Source: a virus. Taken from it: DNA of 64,000 bases. The notes under the pieces were generated by a model. That model worked only from the letters and a program-made list of their open reading frames with translations, was not told the origin of the DNA and did no database searches. Location of the stretch: positions 32,001 through 96,000 of IMG/VR virus record IMGVR_UViG_3300037245_001320. One strand, 5' to 3'. Both the position numbers and the translations under genes were made by a program. The number at the start of each line of letters is the position of its first letter. Within the stretch, counting starts at the first letter, position 1. Positions 21,550 to 32,036 of the stretch are shown one piece after another.

Positions 21550-21726
21550 ATAGGAAGGTTCGCATCTTCCTTAAGGTACAGTAAAATAGAGTCTCAAAGA
21601 ATCAATAAGAAAAACATATAAAAACCTCTTATTAGATCAGAAGTTAGGAAGAACTTTAAAGGATTTACTCTATTACCTTTGAAGTTCTATGCGAAACCTA
21701 ATGGAAGATCTAATAAGAGGTTTTTC
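21550..21726 (+). ncRNA. Structured leader RNA A (hairpin, long stem, two pseudoknots) upstream of HNH gene 1
   Basis: 19-bp perfect stem 21620-21638/21707-21725; two loop-loop complementarities; same fold as 33608-33780. Confidence 0.75.
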
Positions 21727-21748
21727 ATTTAAAAAAGGAATAAAAATA

Positions 21749-22762
21749 ATGAAACCAAGAGAAGTATCGCACAGATACAACAAAGCAAATGTTATGGTAA
21801 ACAAAGAACAGAAAGAGAAGATGTGTTCTGTTTGTAACAAAGTGAAAAGCCATAAGGAGTTCAATAAATCTTCTTCAAACAAAACAGATAGGTTAGCTGG
21901 AAGATGTAGAAAATGTGAACTTTCTCTACGGTATATAGTAAAAGACACACCTACTACAAAAGCAAAGAAATATAATAAAGACCACCAAGAAGAAAACTTA
22001 AAAAATAAGGAAAAGATGTGTGTATCATGTAATATAGTAAAGCCCTTAGAAGAGTATAATAAAGATAAAGCACGAAAAGATGGTAAGCAATCAGTGTGTA
22101 GACCCTGTAGGCAAGCATTTTACACTACTAATGACCAAAAGAAAAAAGCGAGGATGTATGATGATACCCCTGAGAGAAAAGCATACGAAAAGGAGCGAGC
22201 ACAGAGACCTGAGAGAAAAGCTTATTGTAAGGCACTCAGTAGCACACCTAGAGCAAGAAAACAACAAAAAGAGCATAGAAGTAGACCAGAAGTAAAAGAA
22301 AGACAAAGAGAGTTAAGTAAAATGCCTCATAGAAGAGCAACCACCAATGCATACAGGCAAAGTATAAGAGACAGACCAGAAGTTAGAGCTATGAATGCTA
22401 TGAGGGGAATTATACATAACACAGTAGCTAAGTTTGGAACTAAGAAAGAAAATAAAACTGTAGAAATAACAGGATACTCAGCTAAAGAGCTTATATCACA
22501 TTTAAACAAAGGGAAATACAAATGGAAAGACTATATGAAAAACACACATAAAAATATACTCTTCCACATCGACCACATCATACCCATATCCTATTTTGTA
22601 AAGAAAGGAAGAGAGTATTCAAAAGAAGAGCTAAATAAACTTATTTCTCGTGTCAATGATTTAAGAAATCTTAGAATATGGCCAGGAAGATTAAATGAAT
22701 CTAAGCATGATAAAATAGACAGGGATTTAATCAGAGAACATGGAATAGAGGATCTTCTTTAA
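21749..22762 (+). CDS. HNH endonuclease with N-terminal zinc-finger repeats (paralog 1)
   Basis: Two K.C..C...K...F/Y......C..C units, basic RPE repeats, HIDHIIP...NLR....N.SK; ATG 21749 has the RBS. Confidence 0.8.
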   Translation: MKPREVSHRYNKANVMVNKEQKEKMCSVCNKVKSHKEFNKSSSNKTDRLAGRCRKCELSLRYIVKDTPTTKAKKYNKDHQEENLKNKEKMCVSCNIVKPLEEYNKDKARKDGKQSVCRPCRQAFYTTNDQKKKARMYDDTPERKAYEKERAQRPERKAYCKALSSTPRARKQQKEHRSRPEVKERQRELSKMPHRRATTNAYRQSIRDRPEVRAMNAMRGIIHNTVAKFGTKKENKTVEITGYSAKELISHLNKGKYKWKDYMKNTHKNILFHIDHIIPISYFVKKGREYSKEELNKLISRVNDLRNLRIWPGRLNESKHDKIDRDLIREHGIEDLL

Positions 22763-22780
22763 AACAAACTCTGGAAACCC

Positions 22781-22809
22781 TTGACACAACGACAGATAAA
22801 TAATACAAT
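22781..22809 (+). promoter_or_regulatory. Sigma70-type promoter opening the accessory block
   Basis: TTGACA-N17-TACAAT. Confidence 0.7.
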
Positions 22810-23113
22810 AAACAAATAGGAGAAATAAAGTTATGATTAAAATAGTAACAAAAGAAGAATACAAGAGAGTAACCCCAAATGGAATAAGCACATATTTTGA
22901 CTTTGAGGGAATTAGTTTTACAACCGGTTTAGCTACATGGAACTATTTCCTACACGAGTCTCTAGAAAATAAAGAGAAGACTGTTATATATGAAATAACA
23001 GCTAGAGAGGGATTTGACGTATGGGACGCAAGAGATAAAATTATTAAAGATAAAATAGAGTTAACTTCCTTTCACAAGGTTGTTAATAGAGTGTTAGATA
23101 GAGGAGAAACAAT

Positions 23114-23440
23114 ATGATAAAAGAATTAGATTTAAATAGGTTTTGCTCAGACGGAATGTTTGAGTGCTTAGTAGATGACCATGAGAAGTATTTAAAGACA
23201 GATGGAGAAGAAGGAGAAAGAATAGTTCTAAGAGGAGTACAGATAGGAGGTATTTGGCAATCAGATATCGATCTATCCCACTCCACATATACTGACTGTG
23301 AGTTTGAAGGATCTCCTGTAGATAAGGTTAACTTTACATCAGCCTTCTTTAAGAATTGTAATTTTGAAGAAACAGTTTTTACTGACTGTAATTTTGATCA
23401 AGCAAGATTTATTAACTGTGTAAATGCACCTATACACTAA
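23114..23440 (+). CDS. Pentapeptide repeat protein
   Basis: DLSHS-TYTDC-EFEGS...NFTSA-FFKNC-NFEET-VFTDC-NFDQA-RFINC. Confidence 0.8.
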   Translation: MIKELDLNRFCSDGMFECLVDDHEKYLKTDGEEGERIVLRGVQIGGIWQSDIDLSHSTYTDCEFEGSPVDKVNFTSAFFKNCNFEETVFTDCNFDQARFINCVNAPIH

Positions 23441-23923
23441 GAGGTAAGGAGAAAAAATGAGAATAATAGTAACACATAACATAGACAAGAAAATATATCA
23501 TGCGTATATACCAATGGTAGGATACAGTGCTGATATACCAGAAGAAGCATTCAGCCAAGACAGAGTATTAGAGTTGATTAAGATTTACACTAAGGATAAG
23601 GTTAAACTGGATATACAAGAACCTTTAGACTCTTCTAATGCTATAGAATTACCAATTGAAAACAAACACCCAACAAACGGGAAACAGTACCTCAGCTTTA
23701 TTAGATTCCATACTGAGTACTCCTTAGAAGATTTTCCATATTTAACAGTAGAGTATTCTGGTAAGGTTTATGTACATAAAGATTTCCCTAGTAGAGACTT
23801 TGATAATGACTACTGGGCAAGCGAAGTACAAGAACCTATAGGGTATTTACCTGAAGGGATCTTAACAGAGGAAGAAGACAATGATGAGGATTTATATCAA
23901 AATGTCTTTAAGTGTGTAGAGAC

Positions 23924-24289
23924 ATGAACAAGTTCAGAGTATATGACCCCATAAAAGAAAAGTACTTAGAATATCTAGATGACTTATATTTAAGTGCTAA
24001 AGGTAGATTATTTGAACAAGAATATGATGAGGATGGGGAAGAAACAGGGCTTACACAACTATCTAACTGCATAGTTGAACACTATATAGGAATATGTGAT
24101 AAAGAGGGTACAGACATCTATGAGCATGATGTAATAAAGATTAAAACCAAACTTTACTTAGTTATACATAGACCAGAGATGTGTGCTTATGAACTACAAG
24201 ATGTAAATGATAAAAAGAGACTAATAGTCATGAGTGAGCTTAGAAGGGAATCTTATACTATAGTAGGAAGTGGGAGAGATAAAATATGA
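23924..24289 (+). CDS. YopX family protein
   Basis: KFRVYD...YIGICDKEGTDIYEHDVI...IVG. Confidence 0.8.
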   Translation: MNKFRVYDPIKEKYLEYLDDLYLSAKGRLFEQEYDEDGEETGLTQLSNCIVEHYIGICDKEGTDIYEHDVIKIKTKLYLVIHRPEMCAYELQDVNDKKRLIVMSELRRESYTIVGSGRDKI

Positions 24290-24617
24290 AACCAAAAACC
24301 TGTCCATCCTGCATAGACTGCGGAGTAATCAATGGAAAGATGGTTTGTTTAGCTACAGGCGCAGGTAGAGGCTTCTCATGGAACGATACCTTAAAATATG
24401 ATTGTCACAGAGTATATGATTTTAAATGTAAAAACTGTGAAGAAGATATGAAACCATTTACATATAATATTTATCTAGGAGAGTTAAACTATACAAAGTC
24501 GGTAATGATTTGTGATAACTGCGGAACAATGCATATTCCATCACCTAATAAAATGAAAGATCCAAGAGGATAGTAAGTATAGGAGAGAAGAAATTCTCTC
24601 TTTTTTTAATTTAATGC

Positions 24618-24646
24618 TTGACACAGATTACCAAACAGTGTATACT
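24618..24646 (+). promoter_or_regulatory. Sigma70-type promoter
   Basis: TTGACA-N17-TATACT right after a terminator (24582-24607). Confidence 0.7.
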
Positions 24647-25212
24647 ACTTATATAAAGAGAGGAGAAACACAGATGGGAAAAGGAAGAGTATACAAAGTA
24701 GTAATACATAATAACTGGAAAGATTCCACTAAAGTATCTATATTAGAATATGATATAAATAAAATAACAGACAAAAACTATATTCTAGATCTAGGTAACA
24801 ATGAAACAAGGAGAATACCCATAAACACATTATTACGGGTTACAGCAGAAAGAGGATATACCTTTGATTTGAATACTGTAGATGAAGTGGTTGAGAAAAT
24901 TGTGGAGTTAAACAAGATGCTATTGCAACACAAAATAGATCAGGCGGTTAAAGAAATAAAACATTTAAATACTGTAGTAATAGATAGAGATGTTAAAACA
25001 GTAGCTTATTATAATTAGAGGAGAAAACTATGAAATTTCAATTAAACTTAGAAAACGACAGTGACAATTCCAACACAGAAGATAGCTATATAGAGGTAGA
25101 GGAATATAATGATAAGGTCTGGTTCACTCTGCAAGACCCAGAAAGAGAAGTTAGTGTTAGTAAAAGTGACTTATTAAAAGTTATGAAAGTACTAGATTAG
25201 AGGAGAAATAAA

Positions 25213-26385
25213 ATGACAGAATTAACAGGAAAATACACAAGCTGTAAAATATTTACAGACTACACAGAGCAATCAGCTATAAGTCAGGTATATGAGTTTT
25301 TAAATCATCCCGCATTTGAAAATAAGAAAACAAGGTTCATGCCGGACATTCACGCAGGCTCAGGAGCAGTAATAGGAACAACAGTAGAATTAGGAGACAA
25401 AGTTATTCCAAACACAATTGGGGTTGACATTGGATGTGGCATGTACTCAGTTAAGCTTTCTACAAAGGAAATTAACTATAAAGCTTTAGATAGAAATATC
25501 AAGCAGAATGTCCCTTCAGGATTTAACATGAATAACAAACAACAGGCAATTCCTAAATTGTTAGAGCGAGATATTGTATCAACCTGCAAAGAAATTGGGA
25601 TTGAAACTCATAGAGCCTTATTTTCTTTGGGCAGTTTAGGTGGAGGCAATCATTTCATCGAAATTGGGAGGGATGAACAAAATTTTCTTTGGTTAACTAT
25701 TCATTCGGGATCCAGAAACTTTGGCTTACAAATAGCTAAGTATCACCAGAAGATAGCAGAGCAAAATTATTCCAACCCTAAACCTGATTTAACAAATGTT
25801 TCTCCAAAGGAAAGAGAAGCTTATATAAGAAAGTTCAAAGAGACAAGAGTTAAAATACCAAAAGGCATGGAGTATTTAACAGGAGCAGATAAAGAAGCTT
25901 ATGAACTTCATATGCGTATTGCTCAAAGATATGCGTCTGAGAGTAGAAAGATTATGGTCAGAAACATCCTAAAGACTTTAGATTGTGCTGTATTAGAAGA
26001 GATTGAATCAATCCACAACTATATAGACTTCGAGCATGGTATCATTAGAAAAGGAGCTATTTCAGCACAGAAAGATGAGTTGGTTATTATCCCTTGGAAT
26101 ATGAGAGATGGTTTAATTATAGGCAGAGGTCTAGGTAATCCAGACTGGAACTTCTCAGCACCTCACGGAGCAGGAAGAACTATGTCCAGATCCCAAGCTA
26201 AGAAAGAAGTTAACTTAGATGAGTTTAAAGCATCAATGGAAGGGATTTATTCTTCATGTGTTTCTGAATCTACACTAGATGAATCTCCTATGGCTTACAA
26301 GGACCACACTGAGGTTGAGAAATATCTAGAAGAATCAGTAGAGATTCTACATAGAGTTAAACCAGAATATAATTTTAAAGCATAA
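25213..26385 (+). CDS. rtcB: RtcB family RNA ligase
   Basis: MPDIHAG, GVDIGCGM, GSLGGGNHFIE, HSGSR, HNY, RKGA, SAPHGAGR, DESPMAYK. Confidence 0.95.
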   Translation: MTELTGKYTSCKIFTDYTEQSAISQVYEFLNHPAFENKKTRFMPDIHAGSGAVIGTTVELGDKVIPNTIGVDIGCGMYSVKLSTKEINYKALDRNIKQNVPSGFNMNNKQQAIPKLLERDIVSTCKEIGIETHRALFSLGSLGGGNHFIEIGRDEQNFLWLTIHSGSRNFGLQIAKYHQKIAEQNYSNPKPDLTNVSPKEREAYIRKFKETRVKIPKGMEYLTGADKEAYELHMRIAQRYASESRKIMVRNILKTLDCAVLEEIESIHNYIDFEHGIIRKGAISAQKDELVIIPWNMRDGLIIGRGLGNPDWNFSAPHGAGRTMSRSQAKKEVNLDEFKASMEGIYSSCVSESTLDESPMAYKDHTEVEKYLEESVEILHRVKPEYNFKA

Positions 26386-29361
26386 ATAGTGAAAACAGGT
26401 ATTGACTTAATTGTTGGTACCTGTTATTATACTTTATAAAGAGAGGAAAACAAAATGAATATTGCATACATAGTAAAAACTAGAAAAAACAAGTACCGAC
26501 CATTTGTTGGTACTCCAGTTAAGGATGATGACGATAGCTTTATGAACGTTTTAGCTAGTGGAGAACTTATGCTGGAATTGAAAGAAGCCCAAGATTTTAT
26601 TACATCTAACCGAGAAGGTATAGACAGAATTTATTTAAATCCTGTTCCCTCTGGTATGGTAGGTATTTCATGGATGAGTGAAATTGAGTCTGCAAACTCT
26701 TAGTAGGAATAAATAAAGGAGAAAATATATGAAACATCTAAGAAAATTAAATAAGAAAAAGAAGAGTATAAAAGAGATCATTAAAGAAGAGATCTTAAAC
26801 AATCTAACTATCTCAGTTAGTACAGAAGGCAGGTACGAAGATGAATCCTTTTATGTTTCAGTATCTGTATATTTAGATTATGATGGAGAACCCATATGTG
26901 ATGGTTACGATAGTGTATCAGTTTAGAGAGGAGAACCCATGCCAGTAACAACAGTAACAAGGACATTAACAAAAAGAGAATTAAACAAATTGAAAAAGAA
27001 GAGAGAATCATATAGAAGAAAGCTTATTAAGAAGTTTAGAAAGGAGAGAATGAAGTGAACCACAAATTATCAGAAAATGCAATAAACCAAAGTTTTATCA
27101 ATTCAGATCTTCCTATAGACCAATGGGAAGGATATTTATATGCATGTAGACAATTCAATATTATAAAACAACCCACATACAAGAAGCATATTCTGATAGA
27201 AATAGGAGGATCACAAGGATTCTTTGGAAGTCATACTCCACGAGCTTATGCAGGAAAAACAGATGGTTATCAGTTTAGAGACAGTTTAGGACAAGATATA
27301 ATGAGAAATCCAGCTTCTATAACATTAAGATATGCAGACAATGTTTATGCTGTTAATGCTAATTTCTTTTATGGGTTATTCTCATTAACAGTACAAAGTA
27401 TAGGAAAGGAGAAGTTCTTATCTATTTTGTATTTACCTGAGGATTTTGATTTTCAAGTATGTTTAAATGAAGCGTTGAGAATGATGGAAGACAAATCAGA
27501 AATATTTAAAGATTGCAGGAGAAAAAATGAACTACAAAACAATATCAACAACAGTAATGCATCCAAACATCTACGGAGGTAAAGAATGTAACGAGCATAT
27601 ACCCCAATGGAGAGGGCATTTTTATGATGAAGAGAATACTGATTTAGAAAGTATAGAGCTTAATCCAAAAGCCTTCCCAGCAGGCACGAGGATCACCATA
27701 CAAGTACCTTTATGCCCTAAATGTAATATGGAGCAAGAGATGTGTGAATGTGGCTTTGATTGGGTTGCTTGGACGGAGTGTAATTATGGGTAATAACAAA
27801 CTTATTCCTACAGCTATTAAAATGATAAATGGAGAGTTTAGCAGTTTTAATAACAGAGGTGTCATAGATCATTCCTATTTAAGAGGATGGATGAATACCA
27901 TAAATGACTGTTTAGATTCCTTTACAAATTGCTGGGGTATTAGAGAAGGTAAAGCTTTTCATGAATTCCGAGAAGATAGAAAAACACTCCGAAATTATGC
28001 CCTAGACCTAGCGAGAGAATGGGTAAAAGAAAACATAGATGAAGTATCTTGGGCATATGATGAACTAGAGGAAGATCGGAAGGAATGGTTAAAGACTAAT
28101 AGGAAGGAGAAATAATGCTAAGTTTTAAAGAAGAAAAAACAGTAGTTGAAAATAATAAACAAAGGTTAGATAACATATATAAAACTATTCCTAGAAGTAC
28201 CAAACTACTAGGACAAATTCAAGAGGCCTACTATAAATTAGAACAAGTAGAGGAAGATCTTGTGAAAGAAATAAAAGAGTTAGAACTAAAGCAAAGACAG
28301 GAGATGCATCATTTAAAACGAAAACCTTCTTATCTAGTAAGTGATATACACTTTTTTACACAAGAATATGATAAAGCTTTATTAGAGGAGAAACTATGAG
28401 TATAGATTTAGAATGTGATGAAGATCAAGAAAATTATAATATATCAATACAGGATATTATAGATAGATGCAAGAAAGAATTTGGAGAAGAGGTAGATTTA
28501 AATAAATTAAGATTGAACACTTCTTATCAACAATATGCCTGCTTTGGATATGATCTATACGATTCAGGAGATTATATGTGTTATACGGAAATAAAGTACA
28601 AGGAGAACAAATGAAAACATTTATAGAACTAGTATCAGAGGATGGAATAAAAACCATAGAAAGAACAGATAGGATTAGAACGTTAGAACCATTAGGAAAG
28701 TTCTGTAGAATATGGTGGGAACCTGATCAAGTTACAGAGGAGTTTAACGAAACAGGAACAGATTATACCACACCCTACGAAGAAGTAAGAAAAATACTAC
28801 TGGATATAGAAGAATGATAGTTTCCTCAGCAGTACAATTAGAAGATGGTAGAGTGTTTGTGGGTAGAAGACACGGTGATTGTTATACCCATATGATGGAG
28901 GTATTAAATTTATCCTTAAATGAGGTTCCAATAGATAACTCTGTACAAGGATTCCAAACAGATTTCCAAGTGTTCCTAAATAGAGAAGATGGTTACTATC
29001 ATGCTAGAAAATACAATCAATGTAAGGAACAATTTTGGAAAGAAACTAATTACACTAATGGGCTAGGAAACACTAAGGAAGAAGAATGGTCACCTTGTTT
29101 GATTTCAGAGCATTTATGGCAGGAGGATTTTAAATGAACAAAGGAATAGAAGCATTAAATAAAATACTATTAGAAGTCCAAGATATGTCTCCTGAAGAGT
29201 ATATGGAATTGTATAACCAATCAGAAGCAAGATTAGAAAGACCAAACAGAATAAAGAGAACACCAGAAGAAATAAAGGAATTTAATCTAAATATGGGAGC
29301 TCTTATAGAGAAGACAACAGCACTGGAAATAGAGCACTTAAAGAATAAAGGTATTACTTGG

Positions 29362-29868
29362 TGTAAAAACCCTAAGTGTAATTATGAAGTCTCCTCAACA
29401 CTAAATATATGTACTAAGTGTGGGGCAATACAAGATAAGAAAGAAAAGTTAACTAAAGAAGAATCCAAAAAGATTGATGAGGAAATAGACAAGGTTTTAG
29501 AAAAAGCTGAAATATTATTTAAGAAAGGTAAGAGAATAAAGATAGATAGAGTGCCTCATGTATTTTAACATATTATAAAGGAGAAAGGAGTAGACTTATG
29601 AAATACACAAAAGAACAAACCATACAAAGAATTAAAGATCTTAATATAACTGATATACACATAGATGGAGGGAATACCTCAACAGATTCATTAGAGGTAA
29701 TAAATGATGTCTTAGATACAATTGAATCAGCCAATAAACATTTCTGTTCTTTTGAAGAATTAAAAGAGAGATTAGGAATACACAACAGTTGTAAGAATCC
29801 TAAGTGTAATTATGAAGTTCTGCCAACATTAAATATATGTACTAAGTGTGGAACAATTCAAGATAATA
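29362..29868 (+). repeat. ~78-bp direct repeat encoding the same zinc ribbon in two adjacent ORFs
   Basis: CKNPKCNYEV..TLNICTKCG.IQD in 29134..29568 and 29598..29882. Confidence 0.85.
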
Positions 29869-30508
29869 AGGAGAAAAAATGAAAACACTTACAGGAAAGA
29901 TAGAATACATAGGAAATTCAATAATAGTTCACTGCTACTTTACAGCAGGGTACATAATTAACCCAGAGTATGCTAATAGTAAAGAAGAAGCTAATAGTAT
30001 TTTAAAAGAGGAATTAACAGAGTTAGTAGACGAGCTAAGAACAGATCTAATTCATTATGAATACAATATTAAGTTCTCAGAGAGTCCCATAGTTCCCTTT
30101 CGAGTATCCCATCCTAATGAAGACAACAAGATGCCTATAAACACCTACATGGACGATGATGGGTTAGTTGGACAATTGTTATTTGGGAATAGTTTATTTA
30201 TAGAATCAGGAGATGTATCTGAAGGTAAAGAGAAATTGTTATTAGATATTAAAGAACATGTTAAAGAGGTTTATGCTTATTTAATAGATGATGCTTATGT
30301 TATGATAGAAGAAGAGTGCATAGATGAATAGATACATATTCATAAAAACTGTAGAGCCTCTATGTGAGAAATGTTGTTTTGTAGAGGATTCTGTAGCTAA
30401 ATGTAATGAGAATATATTAAAAGCTATAAAAGATTGTGGAGTTAATTGTTTGAAGATCCACGGGTATTACTCTGTGGTTGATGATAGTTGTTTGAAGAAG
30501 GGGAATGC

Positions 30509-31186
30509 ATGAATTATAGTTGGAGATTTAACAAAGAAGTTGTAGGGGAATTCGATGAACATGTAAGACAATCCGTTCCATTATATGAGGTATTTCATGC
30601 CTCAATTTTGGATCTAGCCAAATATTACATAACCCCCAATTCTGATATTATCGATGTAGGCACATCCACAGGACATTTTATAAATTCCATATATGAAGAT
30701 AAGTTAGATAGAAATAATAAGTATGTAGGAGTAGACATAGAACCTGATATGATTACAGAGTGTAGAGAGAGGTATAAGGATAAAGATATCTCATTTATAC
30801 TATCAGATGCTATTGAAGTGGACTACAAGAATGCAAGTGTGATAACTTTAATATTACTTCTACAGTTTATGAAGAAGCCAGAGAGAATAAAGTTGTTACA
30901 ACATATACACGACTCAGTTAAGATAGGCACAGCTCTGTTTATAGTGGAGAAAATAAAAACACCTAACTTAGATATACATGATATGTATGTGGATGTTTAT
31001 TATGACTTCAAAAGATCACAAGGGTTATCTGATACAGAAATACTAGATAAGAATACCTCATTAAGAGGTGTGATGTTTCCCGAGACTCTACCTGAGATCT
31101 TACGTATTCTAGACTTCATTGGGTTTGACACAGAGGTTAATGTTAAGTATAACAACTTTGCCAGTATAATAGCGGTAAAGAGATAA
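30509..31186 (+). CDS. cmoA: CmoA-like (carboxy-SAM synthase family) SAM-dependent protein
   Basis: W.F...V...FDEHVRQSVPLY, DVGTSTG, LQF, VEK, DFKR.QG.S..EI..K..SL.GVM follow the CmoA pattern. Confidence 0.75.
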   Translation: MNYSWRFNKEVVGEFDEHVRQSVPLYEVFHASILDLAKYYITPNSDIIDVGTSTGHFINSIYEDKLDRNNKYVGVDIEPDMITECRERYKDKDISFILSDAIEVDYKNASVITLILLLQFMKKPERIKLLQHIHDSVKIGTALFIVEKIKTPNLDIHDMYVDVYYDFKRSQGLSDTEILDKNTSLRGVMFPETLPEILRILDFIGFDTEVNVKYNNFASIIAVKR

Positions 31187-31195
31187 AGGAGAAAT

Positions 31196-32032
31196 ATGAT
31201 AAGACAAATATTAAAAAACACCATAAAGGCACAATTAGAAATAGATTCTAATCCAGCTCTGTTACTTAGTGGAGGATTAGATAGCCTTTCTATATTATTG
31301 GCCTGCTTAGACATAGGATTTAAACCCCATTGCTATACATTCTATTTAGATAATTATATTTCAGAAGATCTACTTTCGTGTAGAAAACTGAGAGATATTT
31401 ATGGATTTAAGTTAACAGAAGTAGTTATAAATACAAGTGAAGTAGATGTGTACAGGGATTGTATAGATATATTAAGAGAACATGCTCATTTGGAACACAC
31501 GACTAAGCACACAAAAACTTTTGTTCAATGTTACCAGCCCATGTTGTATTTGCTTCCATATATAACAGAGACAACTGTTTTATCGGGTATATTTGGGGAC
31601 ACTCTTCAGTTTAACTCAAGAAAATTTGCTGTAGCAAGCAAGAACATGCCCTACACAGAACTAAATGACATAAGAATAAATAAATTAAAGAATCCCTACT
31701 CCAATAGCTACAAACCTGTTTATGACTTGTTTGCTAGAGAGTATAAAATTTTTAAAGCTGTCTATTTAGAAAAAAATGTACAGGATTACTTTTTAGAAAA
31801 AAATTACCTAGCTTGTATGAAACCTAAGAGGAAGAACTTAGTATATGAATCTTTTAAAGATGAAATAGATAAGTATAAACTATATCGAACACCTTCAGGA
31901 TATCAGGTAAATAGTCATATTAGAGAATGGCATGATGATGCTTTATTAAATAATACAGAAATTAATATAAATAATAACAAAGCTGTAATAGGAATATACA
32001 ATAGAATACTAAGAGAGATAAAGGAGAAATAA
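31196..32032 (+). CDS. Asparagine-synthetase-like ATP-dependent amide ligase (synthetase domain only)
   Basis: PP-loop LLSGGLDS and VLSG..GD; no N-terminal glutaminase domain. Confidence 0.7.
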   Translation: MIRQILKNTIKAQLEIDSNPALLLSGGLDSLSILLACLDIGFKPHCYTFYLDNYISEDLLSCRKLRDIYGFKLTEVVINTSEVDVYRDCIDILREHAHLEHTTKHTKTFVQCYQPMLYLLPYITETTVLSGIFGDTLQFNSRKFAVASKNMPYTELNDIRINKLKNPYSNSYKPVYDLFAREYKIFKAVYLEKNVQDYFLEKNYLACMKPKRKNLVYESFKDEIDKYKLYRTPSGYQVNSHIREWHDDALLNNTEININNNKAVIGIYNRILREIKEK

Positions 32033-32036
32033 GAAT

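Noticed and set aside
21689-21748. N-terminal extension of HNH paralog 1 from ATG 21689
   Set aside because: It lies inside the RNA stem with no RBS; ATG 21749 has an AAGGA RBS
21749-22762. IscB/Cas9-like identity for the RNA-associated HNH proteins
   Set aside because: No RuvC motifs or PLMP N-terminus are visible; RNA guidance remains only a hypothesis
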